From contig CAZUKH010000003.1 of assembly GCA_964620955.1 (NCBI GenBank), positions 6,587-64,973 of the forward strand: a stretch of DNA of 58,387 bases, written 5' to 3'. Positions 37,722 to 46,994 of the stretch are shown here, piece by piece. The first letter of the stretch is position 1, and every line of letters starts with the position of its first letter. The notes under the pieces were generated by a model. It ran no database searches and was not told the DNA's origin. It saw only the letters and a program-made list of their open reading frames with translations. The position numbers and the translations under genes are program-made. The stretch comes from an uncultured Candidatus Saccharibacteria bacterium (lineage in GTDB: Bacteria; Patescibacteriota; Dojkabacteria; J137).

Positions 37722-39554
37722 ATGAATTTGGCAAGTAAAACTAAAGGTATTACTAGGAAATTATTTTTGTTGACGGTATTTCTGTTGACACTTTTTGCAT
37801 ATCCAATTACTTTTTTTAGCAGTGCTTACTCACAAAGCGCAGCTGAACTTGAGCAACAAATAGTTGACCAGCAAAATCTGCTTATTAATACTCAGTCAAG
37901 AATACAAGAGTTGCAGGCTCAGTTAGATGCCAGTAAAAGTAATCTAGAGTCTGCACAAACAGGATTACCTCAAATAAATGCGGAAATTGAACAGGTTAGT
38001 GCTCAAATCCAGCTAAATAACACTCAGCTAGAGCTTTTGCAGCAAAACTTTAAGCTTAATGAGCTGTTACGTACTCAACTTGAGCAAAACCAAAAAGAGT
38101 CACTAAAGTCTTCCTATAAAGAGTGGAGAACATATAACACTGATTTATCAACCTGGTTTGATGAGAATCTGGAGTATTTAAAAGAGCAATCTTATTCTCG
38201 AAAAGTCTTTGGAATTGGGCTTAATACAATAAGTGAAGTGAAAGGGGTACTAGCAGATATTACTACAGATATGGATGAAGCTAAACTGGTTGCTCAAAAG
38301 CTTGAAGAGCAAAATAGCACATTGATAGCAAGGCAGCAGGAACTGCAGGCACAGATTTCCTACTATAACAGCATAATAGCCCTTGCCCCTGTCGAAATAG
38401 GCCAGCTGCAAGATGCAACAAGCCAAATTGCAAATAATATAACCAATCTAACACAAGAACAGCAACAGGCAGCACAAAGAGAGCAAGAATACTTACAAAA
38501 TCCAGTTGTTACCCCACCACAAGATCCTGGCACACCTCCCCCTCCAGTGCCTGGACAAAATAGTTTTTATTTCTTTGGCACAGGACGAGATTATTATCAA
38601 GGCCATGGGGTTGGAATGTCACAGTGGGGAATGTATGGCGCAGCTTTGAATGGCTGGAACGCATCCCAAATAGTTACTTTTTATTACACTCAAACAGCAG
38701 TTGAAGCAAGGGCGGGGAGTATTTGGGTTGCAGGAGACACGGCATTAGAAGGTTACGTAAATAGGCAAATGGATTTGAATGATTATGTAGCTGGTTTAGG
38801 TGAGGTTCCAGATAAAGCTTGCGGAAATTCATCACAAGCACAATCCAATCCAGCAAAGTATGTTGTAGATAACCCTTCAACTGTTTGGGATTGCTGGCCA
38901 GAAGAGGCTATAAAAGCACAAGTTATAGCAGCAAGATCATACGCTGCAAGTAATGGCGGGAGTATTTGTACTACAGCAGCTTGTCAAGTTTATAAAGGTG
39001 GATCTGCGAAGAGGTGGGCAGCTGATGAAACAAAAGATTTGGTTATTGTTTCTATAGGTGCTACACATACCAATCAAATTATTCGTGCTTTGTATTCTTC
39101 AGATAACAGTCAAGGAACAGGAACTGCCCATAACGATACAATCTTTCAAAACATTTATGGAGATGGAACTTTTCATTCTTACTTAAGAGCTGTTAACGAT
39201 TCTGCATTTGCTACACAAACCCAATGGACACTTTGGGGTTACGCAACCTTAAGTTATAACTATTCCGCAATATGGGAGATGATTGATCATTGCGCAAATA
39301 GTCCAACTAGCGGTTATTCTCAAAGCGTGCGCGATTCGCTAAGAGGAATTATGAGTACTATTGGAAATGTTGTTGAAATATCATTTGAAAGAGATCCTTC
39401 TTTGCGAGTTAAGAAAGTCTGGCTTAAAGGATCTAATGGAGCAAGTATGCCAATAGGAGGCTGGTGGTTTAAAAACATGTGGAATACATGGACTTTTGAC
39501 AAAGGACGGGGAGACTACCTGTTTAGTCAAACCTTTTATCTTAATTTTAATTAG
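37722..39554 (+). CDS. SpoIID/LytB-type lytic transglycosylase with long N-terminal coiled coil
   Basis: Signal peptide, Q/L-rich coiled coil, Pro linker, GHGVGMSQWG, YVAGLGE, EAIKAQVIAARSYA, CTTAACQVY. Confidence 0.85.
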   Translation: MNLASKTKGITRKLFLLTVFLLTLFAYPITFFSSAYSQSAAELEQQIVDQQNLLINTQSRIQELQAQLDASKSNLESAQTGLPQINAEIEQVSAQIQLNNTQLELLQQNFKLNELLRTQLEQNQKESLKSSYKEWRTYNTDLSTWFDENLEYLKEQSYSRKVFGIGLNTISEVKGVLADITTDMDEAKLVAQKLEEQNSTLIARQQELQAQISYYNSIIALAPVEIGQLQDATSQIANNITNLTQEQQQAAQREQEYLQNPVVTPPQDPGTPPPPVPGQNSFYFFGTGRDYYQGHGVGMSQWGMYGAALNGWNASQIVTFYYTQTAVEARAGSIWVAGDTALEGYVNRQMDLNDYVAGLGEVPDKACGNSSQAQSNPAKYVVDNPSTVWDCWPEEAIKAQVIAARSYAASNGGSICTTAACQVYKGGSAKRWAADETKDLVIVSIGATHTNQIIRALYSSDNSQGTGTAHNDTIFQNIYGDGTFHSYLRAVNDSAFATQTQWTLWGYATLSYNYSAIWEMIDHCANSPTSGYSQSVRDSLRGIMSTIGNVVEISFERDPSLRVKKVWLKGSNGASMPIGGWWFKNMWNTWTFDKGRGDYLFSQTFYLNFN

Positions 39555-39595
39555 GTAGTAGGATTGATTTACAATTCTTCCTGTTATAATTGAAT

Positions 39596-40303
39596 ATGAA
39601 TTCAAACGGGTATTCTCAATCTGACACAATTCAACCATATTATGTTCAGCCCGTAGCTCCAATTGTTCAGCCCACTTCAACACAAGATGGGCTGTTAGAA
39701 GAGGCATCTAGGCTTGTTTCCCAATACCAAAGTAAAGGGCTAATTAATGGTGTAAAAATTGCTCCAAAAAATACAAGGTTTTCGAACCAAAATGATCGCG
39801 AAAGAGTTTTTTTATTCGTACGAAGGCATTGGAGCGAAAATGTAACTTGGGTTGTAAGAAATATTTTTTATTCGACTTTACCATTTTTGATAGCTTTGGT
39901 TTTAAGCTTACTGCAAATAGATCTTGCCTTTATTACAGGAAGAATGTGGGCGGTAATATTGCTTGCTTTTTATTCACTTATTATTACAAATGTAGTCAAA
40001 GACTTTTTTGATTGGTATTTCGACACGTACATAATTACAAATGAAAGAGTCCTTAGTTTTGAGTTTAAGCCTTTTGCTAAGTACCATGTACAGGAGGCTA
40101 TGCTTGAAAGTATCCAAAAAATTCAGGAACAAGCTGGCGGAATACTTTCAAATGTTTTTGGCTATGGGAACTTGATTATTACGATAGAAGGACCGCAAGA
40201 AGAGTTTTTATTTAAAAAAATTCCAAGTCCAACTCAAGTAAGAGATATTTTATCTGATCTTGCTCAAATAGCAAAAAAATATAATGGAACCACTATTAGG
40301 TGA
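39596..40303 (+). CDS. Membrane protein with bacterial PH domain
   Basis: VRRHW, two TMs, WYFDTYIITNERV, FGYGNLIITI. Confidence 0.8.
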   Translation: MNSNGYSQSDTIQPYYVQPVAPIVQPTSTQDGLLEEASRLVSQYQSKGLINGVKIAPKNTRFSNQNDRERVFLFVRRHWSENVTWVVRNIFYSTLPFLIALVLSLLQIDLAFITGRMWAVILLAFYSLIITNVVKDFFDWYFDTYIITNERVLSFEFKPFAKYHVQEAMLESIQKIQEQAGGILSNVFGYGNLIITIEGPQEEFLFKKIPSPTQVRDILSDLAQIAKKYNGTTIR

Positions 40304-40496
40304 ACTAACAAATCTTGTTAAAATTGGTGGAATACTTTTTTCGCTAGTGCACTTTGTAATTGGATTTTTTATGTACAAAGATATGGTAAGAATTAATAAT
40401 GTAATTCAAACTTCAAGAAGGGGGCAAATCAGGTTAATTTCAAATCTATATATGGTTTTGCTCTTCATAATAATTCTTCTTTTCATTCTGGTTTAG
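40284..40496 (+). CDS. Small 2-TM hypothetical protein
   Basis: 70 aa, two hydrophobic helices, overlaps upstream gene. Confidence 0.65.
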   Translation: MEPLLGELTNLVKIGGILFSLVHFVIGFFMYKDMVRINNVIQTSRRGQIRLISNLYMVLLFIIILLFILV

Positions 40497-40577
40497 TTTT
40501 AAATAGAACAAAAATTCATAAAGCGATAAAATGAATTCTGGTATACTGAGTTCAACAAATAAGCAATAAATATAAAC

Positions 40578-43121
40578 ATGGAAATCAAGACAGAGTATAA
40601 AATAGGGAAAAAAACAGCAAAAGAATGGTCTGGTGTTTATGGTTACAGGCCGGACATACAGGCTGATCTGTTAAGGCTTGGCAGTATGTATGCTGTTGTA
40701 AGAGTTGCAAGCCACAGCGAGGATTTTGCGATCGAAAAGTTTTCAAAAATAGTAGTTGAAGAGCTTCAAAATGCCTATTTTAATGATTTGGTTACATATC
40801 GCTCTGCATTACAGCGTCTTGAAGAATCTTGCTGGAAAATGAAGTCAAAAATTGATCTTATTCTTTCACGCGAATCAGAACTTGCGGATATGGGAATTGA
40901 TATCGAAATGGCAGTTGTGATTATTAAAGAAGAGTATCTTTATGCAGCAACAATAGGTGAAAGCAAAATATTTATTTATAGAGAGTCAAAGGCTGTAGAC
41001 ATTACTTCTGCACTTGTCGATAACGCTCGTACAGGCTTTGTTAAAACCGCGAGCTTACAACTTGAAGAATCCGACAGAATTTGTATCGCGACTTCAAAAA
41101 TTGCGAAAAACACAGAAAAAATTGAAGAATCTTTATCTTTACTTAATGTAAATATTATTGGAGGTAAGACTCCAAAGAGTGGATTTGCTGCAATGCTAAT
41201 AGCAAATGAGTCAGAAGACTGGTTTATGGAAAAACCGCAAGAAGTTTTAGAAGAAAAAGTTTTAGATAAAACCTTAAATGAAGATATTGACATAAAGAGT
41301 ATCGCAGAAAACGAAGAAACCGATAGTAAAAATTTTGAACAAGCTCCTGAGGTAGAAGAAGTGTTGCCTAAAGAAAAAACTGCTAATGAAGATACTTCAT
41401 TAACTAAGCTTTCCGAACTGGAGAATTTTAAAGAAGAAGAGCCTTTTGAATTTGATCAAGATACAGAAAATACCATTGAAGAAGACGATAAAAAAGAAAG
41501 TGTGTTTAAATCTAATTTAAGCAAAATTAAAAACAAAGTAAAAAGTAGCTTGATAGGGAGCAAGAATTTTGCTGCTATAAAAACTTTACAAGTAAAACAA
41601 TTTTCTGCAAGTAAAATATCAGCCGTTAAGGCGAAGTTTAATCCACAAAAAACTGTTAAAACCTATAGCCCAGAACAAGATTCTTCCACCGAGGATACTA
41701 CAAACTCTCGGCCTGTGAATAATAAATCTACTAAGGTACTTGAAATACCTTCGAAGATTAAAAAATACTTCGAATCTAATCAAATCACTTATTTGTACTA
41801 TGTAAAGAAATTCCTTGAGTCTGTAAATTCTATTTTTAATAAAATCTGGATTGTATTTCAGCAGGAAATTCTAGGCAAGCCAATCGATCGGAGACACATT
41901 AGAACAAAAGGTGAGCTATCTAGAAATAGGTATATTCTTATTGGTTCTATAATTGTGCTTTTTGTTACAGGATTTGTTGTAATTAATAATGCAATGATTA
42001 ATGCTGAATCACAGCGTAGAATACAGGAAAACATGGATATTCTAGAAACTCTAGACAGTCAGGTAAAAAATATAAAAAATAAGATTATTGCTAATCAATT
42101 TGCTAGTGCTTCTGAAAAGCAACTAACATTAACGCAATTAGATGAACTAGCCGCAAAAGCAAGGGTTCAAAAAGAAAAAGGTTTTTTTACAGATGAATTC
42201 ACGCAAGTAATTAACGAAATACAGTTACAAAAAGACCTGTTACAAAAAATTAATGCAATTCTACAGCCTGAAATAATAGCTAATTTGGACACAATATCAT
42301 CTGATGTTTCAACTACGGATTTAGAATATGCTGAAGGTGCTTTATTTGTAGCCGATGAGGGTACGGATGCAATTTATAAAATTATTCCAGAGATTGGTGC
42401 AACACCTGAAAAATTTATATCAAATGTTGTTGATCCATATATTTTAGTTAAAAATATTGCCTCAGAAATAATTGTTTATGATAAAGATATTAATTTATCA
42501 CTTGGAAAATTCAACACAATAAATGCTGAGTCGCTAATTAGGTTCCCAGGAATTACACCACCAACTTTTGGCACTCCAAAAGAGGCTGCAATATTTTCCG
42601 GTAACGATTTGCTTTATGAAATAAGACCAAATCATCAGCAGATTTTCCGTCGTGAAAAGTTAGGTGATGGATACTTAAGCGGAGGGGCAGTTTATGAGGA
42701 AGGAAATCCTCCTAATTGGAAGACAGCACCAGAACTATCTGATGCAATTGATATAGAAGTTCCTTTTGAAATATATGCGTTGGTAGAAGGGCTTGGGTTA
42801 AGACGGTATCTGTCGGGGGGAGAAAACTCAATAGCTTTTGAAAGCTTCATAGATCTTTCGCAAGAAGATTATGAATTAATGAGGTCTGCTACAGCACTTG
42901 ATGTCGAAGGTAATATTGTTGTTGTGGGCGATTCTATATCGCAAAAAGTCTTACTGTTTTCTATTGAAGATAGCCCAGAAAGAAGGCTGCAGCTTATTAA
43001 ACAATACCAGTATCGTGGCAATGAAAATATTTTTAATGATATAAAAGAAATTCAGGTCGTTCCGAATGATGGAAAGATTTTTGTGCTCGATGGGACAAGG
43101 GTAATAAGGCTTACTCTTTAG
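40578..43121 (+). CDS. Bitopic protein: degenerate PP2C-like domain, low-complexity linker, TM, coiled coil, beta-propeller-like C-terminus
   Basis: AVVIIKEEYLYAATIGESKIFIYR resembles PP2C ANVGDSR; TM near aa 453-470; repeated LFVADE/VVVGDS/IFVLDG strand motifs. Confidence 0.6.
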   Translation: MEIKTEYKIGKKTAKEWSGVYGYRPDIQADLLRLGSMYAVVRVASHSEDFAIEKFSKIVVEELQNAYFNDLVTYRSALQRLEESCWKMKSKIDLILSRESELADMGIDIEMAVVIIKEEYLYAATIGESKIFIYRESKAVDITSALVDNARTGFVKTASLQLEESDRICIATSKIAKNTEKIEESLSLLNVNIIGGKTPKSGFAAMLIANESEDWFMEKPQEVLEEKVLDKTLNEDIDIKSIAENEETDSKNFEQAPEVEEVLPKEKTANEDTSLTKLSELENFKEEEPFEFDQDTENTIEEDDKKESVFKSNLSKIKNKVKSSLIGSKNFAAIKTLQVKQFSASKISAVKAKFNPQKTVKTYSPEQDSSTEDTTNSRPVNNKSTKVLEIPSKIKKYFESNQITYLYYVKKFLESVNSIFNKIWIVFQQEILGKPIDRRHIRTKGELSRNRYILIGSIIVLFVTGFVVINNAMINAESQRRIQENMDILETLDSQVKNIKNKIIANQFASASEKQLTLTQLDELAAKARVQKEKGFFTDEFTQVINEIQLQKDLLQKINAILQPEIIANLDTISSDVSTTDLEYAEGALFVADEGTDAIYKIIPEIGATPEKFISNVVDPYILVKNIASEIIVYDKDINLSLGKFNTINAESLIRFPGITPPTFGTPKEAAIFSGNDLLYEIRPNHQQIFRREKLGDGYLSGGAVYEEGNPPNWKTAPELSDAIDIEVPFEIYALVEGLGLRRYLSGGENSIAFESFIDLSQEDYELMRSATALDVEGNIVVVGDSISQKVLLFSIEDSPERRLQLIKQYQYRGNENIFNDIKEIQVVPNDGKIFVLDGTRVIRLTL

Positions 43122-43123
43122 TT

Positions 43124-43579
43124 ATGAGAATTCTCTACGACAATAAAAAAGCCCATCATGAGTATGAAATAAAGGACTCAATAGAAGCTGGTATTCAATT
43201 AGAAGGTTGGGAGGTTAAATCTCTAAAGGCGGGTCACGCAGGGCTTTCAGGGGCTATAGTTTTAATAAAGGATAATGAGGCGTTTTTAGTTAACAGCGTT
43301 ATACCTTCGTGGAAAAGCGGCTTAAAGTTTCCCAAAGAAGTTGAAGCACGTGATCGTAAGCTGCTAATAAAAAAAAGAGAGGTAGGCCAAATAGCTTCTA
43401 GCATTAGTGTGCCAGGTATAACAGCAATTCCGCTTAGGTTTATTGAAAACGAAAGGGGTTTTATAAAATTAGTCATAGGTATTGCAAAAGGAAGAAAAAA
43501 GTTTGATAAAAGAAGCAAGCTTAAAGCAAGAGATATGCAAAAGAGAATAGATCAAGATAGAAAGGCGTACAATTTTTGA
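43124..43579 (+). CDS. smpB: SsrA-binding protein
   Basis: NKKAHHEY, EAGIQLEGWEVKSL, RDRKLL, AKGRKKFDKR. Confidence 0.96.
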   Translation: MRILYDNKKAHHEYEIKDSIEAGIQLEGWEVKSLKAGHAGLSGAIVLIKDNEAFLVNSVIPSWKSGLKFPKEVEARDRKLLIKKREVGQIASSISVPGITAIPLRFIENERGFIKLVIGIAKGRKKFDKRSKLKARDMQKRIDQDRKAYNF

Positions 43580-43635
43580 AGTTGGCTAGTTGAAATAAAA
43601 ATGTTAGATTGTCAAAGTTCCGATGAAAAATAATT

Positions 43636-44193
43636 ATGAATTTATCTGATCCAAAGCTTCAACAAATACTTGTTCAAATACAGCAATTTGGGTTTAAATT
43701 TTACGCATTTGATGAATCAAATATTCCTCTTGTTATTGGCCCAAATAATCAAATAACACCAATTAATGTTGCTATTGATTTTGTAAACAGGCAAATTCAA
43801 ACTCAACGTGCACAGCAGTCTTTGGCAAGTGGTGGCCCTGAAAATATGCCTAGTGCGCCGCAAATGCCAGATGCAACAGGCGCTCTTGAAAAGTCTGTAG
43901 AAAGAGGAGTAGAAACGAAAAATGAATCTAATCAAGAAAAAAAGGCTACAAAACAAAATCAACAGAATGATGTGTCTGTTAATGTTCCCACAAAGGCCCC
44001 AAAGGTAACTTTGGCTGCACCTATAAAACCTTATGGTGATGGGTTTGACCCCAAAAGCTTTAATCCAACAGATTTAAAATCGACTTTGGATTTTATTAGT
44101 AAAAATGCTAGTGCAAAAAAAACTTCTTCAAACAGGTGGGTTGCGGAACAATTTAAAAAGTTTCTCGAAGAGCTAAAATCCACCAAGGTTTAG
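43636..44193 (+). CDS. Hypothetical protein with Q/E/K-rich disordered middle
   Basis: 185-aa ORF, co-oriented, directly upstream of the T4CP-like gene. Confidence 0.7.
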   Translation: MNLSDPKLQQILVQIQQFGFKFYAFDESNIPLVIGPNNQITPINVAIDFVNRQIQTQRAQQSLASGGPENMPSAPQMPDATGALEKSVERGVETKNESNQEKKATKQNQQNDVSVNVPTKAPKVTLAAPIKPYGDGFDPKSFNPTDLKSTLDFISKNASAKKTSSNRWVAEQFKKFLEELKSTKV

Positions 44194-44233
44194 CTATTTC
44201 TATCTTGAGCATTTAAATATATAATTCTTTGTT

Positions 44234-46636
44234 ATGGAAGTAGTTGCAACGCTTGCTATATTTTTTGCATTTTTAACTCTTATTATAGTAGGAGGGTTTT
44301 TTGGAGGGCGTTTTTTGTTAATGCAATTTAGGGAAAAAATACTTATTCAAAAATCTGTAGGCTATTCGTATTTTGAAGTTCGCCTGCCAAAGAATAACGA
44401 AATTGAAATAAAGGCGGCAGAACAAATGTTTACAGGCTTAATAGGAATAGGCAGTAAGCTTAAAGGGCTTCAAAAGTTTTTTAATCCTAAACCTTTCATT
44501 AGTTTTGAGGTTGTAGCTTTTAGAGAAACCATACGTTTTTACGTAGTATGTCCGAAAAAGTTTGCGAGTGTATTAGATAGGCAAATTAATGGTACTTATC
44601 CCACGGCTGAAATAATTCCAGTGAAAGAATTCAACATGTTTCCTGAAGACTCTGAAGTTTCATTTACAGGGCTTGAACTTGCAAAAGAATCAAGGTTACC
44701 GATACAAACTTTTGAAGAACTGCCTGTAGATACAATGTCTACACTTACCGATGCTTTTAGTAAACTTCGTGCAAACGAGTCAGCAATATTTCAGGTTATT
44801 ATTTCCCCTGCAGGCTCAGATTGGCGAAATGCTTCTAAAGACTATCTCAAGAAAGTTAGAGACAGCAAGTCCGATGCGGACAAAAAAGAGATTGAAGAAA
44901 ACGATGACACCATGTCTTTTATAGAAAAAAAGGCCTCGAAGTCGGGGTTTTATGCGGATGTCCGAATTGTAGTAGTTGCAGAAACTAAAGACGAATCAAA
45001 GTTACACCTTTCTAATATTTTAAGTACCTTTGACCAGTATACTAAAGAAGGAGGTAATAAATTTAAAAAGTCTGATGAAAAGAAATTATCGCGAATAGTG
45101 ACAGATGTAATTTATAGAATCCCAAGGGAAACAATGGTTTTAAATGTTGAAGAGTTGGCAACCTTGTTTCACTTCCCAAATAAAAATGTTGAAGCCCCAT
45201 TCATAAACTGGCTTTTATCCAAAAAAGCACCTGCACCTGATTATGTAACAAGCAAGTTTGAAAAAGATTTTATGTATGCTGGCCGAAATAGTTTTCGAGG
45301 AAAATCTAAAGAGGTTTTTCTCAAACCTCAAGACAGGATGAGGCATATGTATGTAATCGGACAAACTGGTGCAGGTAAATCAGGTTTCATTTCGGGAATG
45401 TTTATACGAGATGTCAAAATGGGCCATGGGTGCGCATTTATAGACCCACATGGTAGTGACATCGAAAAAATTATGCAACAAATTCCACCAGAAAGAGTCG
45501 AAGATGTAGTTTTGTTTGATCCTGGAGATATTGAAAGACCAATAGGTTTAAACATGCTTGAATTTACAACCGATGCCCAAAAAACTCTTGCTGTAAACGA
45601 AATGTTAAATATTTTCAATACACTTTATGACCTCAAAAAAACAGGGGGGCCAATTTTTGAACAATATTTTCGTTACGGTATTATGCTGTTAGTTAGTGAC
45701 ACAGAGTCAGGATCCACTTTACTTGAAGTACCAAAAATCTTCGCGGATGATGATTACAGAGCTTACAAACTTTCCAAATGTACTAACCAGGAGGTAATTG
45801 ACTTTTGGGAAAAACAAGCACAAAAAGCAGGTGGGGAAGCTTCTCTGAAAAATGTTACGCCTTACATTGTTTCTAAACTAGCAAGCTTCTTAACAAACGA
45901 TTACGTAAGACCAATTGTTGCTCAGCAAAACTCTACTATTAATTTTAGAGAGATAATGGACGGGAAAAAAATCTTACTTGCTAAATTATCAAAAGGAAGA
46001 ATAGGGGAATTCAATGCATCTTTATTAGGTATGATTTTAGTTTCAAAACTTTTAATTTCGGCACTAGAAAGAGAAGATGTAACTGAAGAGAAAAGGGTTC
46101 CTTTTTACCTTTACGTGGATGAGTTCCAAAACTTTCTTACAGACGGAATAAATCAAATACTTTCAGAAGCAAGAAAGTACCAACTTTCTTTAACTCTTGC
46201 TCACCAGTATATTGGTCAATTAACAAGAGAAGGTGGAGACACAAAAGTTAGAGATGCAATTTTTGGTAATGTTGGCAATAAGGCTGTGTTCCGTGTAGGT
46301 GTTAACGATGCAGAGTTTTTGAAAAAAGAGTTTGATGGTTATTTTGATGAAAATGATCTTATTCAAGTTGAAAACGGTACAGCCTTTTTTAAGATGCTTG
46401 TAGATGGTAAGCCAGCAACACCATTTACACTAAGATCTTGGTACGGTGATTCAGCATTTGACATGATTACTACACCGAATCCAAAGCTTGCAGATATAAT
46501 TAGGCAGATTTCTAGACTAAAATATGGAGCAGACAAAAATCTTGTAGAAAACGAAGTAAAGCTGCGTGGAAAGTTTATTAAAAAAGTTGACGTACCAAAA
46601 ACAGATATGGGTGCATTTGGAAATTTTGGCTTCTAA
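44234..46636 (+). CDS. VirD4/TraD/TrwB-like (FtsK-HerA superfamily) membrane ATPase
   Basis: N-terminal TM; DRMRHMYVIGQTGAGKS, FIDPHG, LYVDEFQNF, SEARKY..AHQY..Q, FGNVG..FRVG..DA. Confidence 0.88.
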   Translation: MEVVATLAIFFAFLTLIIVGGFFGGRFLLMQFREKILIQKSVGYSYFEVRLPKNNEIEIKAAEQMFTGLIGIGSKLKGLQKFFNPKPFISFEVVAFRETIRFYVVCPKKFASVLDRQINGTYPTAEIIPVKEFNMFPEDSEVSFTGLELAKESRLPIQTFEELPVDTMSTLTDAFSKLRANESAIFQVIISPAGSDWRNASKDYLKKVRDSKSDADKKEIEENDDTMSFIEKKASKSGFYADVRIVVVAETKDESKLHLSNILSTFDQYTKEGGNKFKKSDEKKLSRIVTDVIYRIPRETMVLNVEELATLFHFPNKNVEAPFINWLLSKKAPAPDYVTSKFEKDFMYAGRNSFRGKSKEVFLKPQDRMRHMYVIGQTGAGKSGFISGMFIRDVKMGHGCAFIDPHGSDIEKIMQQIPPERVEDVVLFDPGDIERPIGLNMLEFTTDAQKTLAVNEMLNIFNTLYDLKKTGGPIFEQYFRYGIMLLVSDTESGSTLLEVPKIFADDDYRAYKLSKCTNQEVIDFWEKQAQKAGGEASLKNVTPYIVSKLASFLTNDYVRPIVAQQNSTINFREIMDGKKILLAKLSKGRIGEFNASLLGMILVSKLLISALEREDVTEEKRVPFYLYVDEFQNFLTDGINQILSEARKYQLSLTLAHQYIGQLTREGGDTKVRDAIFGNVGNKAVFRVGVNDAEFLKKEFDGYFDENDLIQVENGTAFFKMLVDGKPATPFTLRSWYGDSAFDMITTPNPKLADIIRQISRLKYGADKNLVENEVKLRGKFIKKVDVPKTDMGAFGNFGF

Positions 46637-46662
46637 TAAATATATCTTGGTTAGATTTTGCC

Positions 46663-46709
46663 TGTGCAAATTTTATCTAAAAACTTATTAATATGTTAAA
46701 ATTTGCACA
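46663..46709. repeat. 13-bp inverted repeat over the putative tRNA-Ile promoter
   Basis: TGTGCAAATTTTA (46663-46675) / TAAAATTTGCACA (46697-46709); includes TGtTAAAAT extended -10. Confidence 0.65.
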
Positions 46710-46732
46710 CGCACTTAATAATCAGTCAACTT

Positions 46733-46806
46733 AGGCCCGTAGCTCAGGTGGTTAGAGCACGGTTCTTATAAAGCCGGGGTCGGTGGTTCGAGCCCACCCG
46801 GGCCTA
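46733..46806 (+). tRNA. tRNA-Ile (UAU)
   Basis: AGGCCCG/CGGGCCT-A acceptor, CGGTT CTTATAA AGCCG anticodon arm with TAT at 46767-46769, GGTGG TTCGAGC CCACC. Confidence 0.93.
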
Positions 46807-46942
46807 TTGTGAAACTAAAGGAAAAAAGCAGGTTCTTATTGCAAACCACGAAAAACTCGTGCAAAGCAGAGTTTGAGAGTGGTAAAATTTTCTCAATGCG
46901 AAGCATACAAAAGGCAACAAAAGTGTGAATTTATGAACACTT

Positions 46943-46994
46943 TTATAAAGCCGGGGTCGGTGGTTCGAGCCCACCCGGGCCTATTGTGAAACTA
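46943..46994 (+). repeat. 52-bp exact direct repeat of tRNA-Ile 3' half plus trailer (att-like)
   Basis: Identical to 46766-46817; starts in the anticodon loop. Confidence 0.92.
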
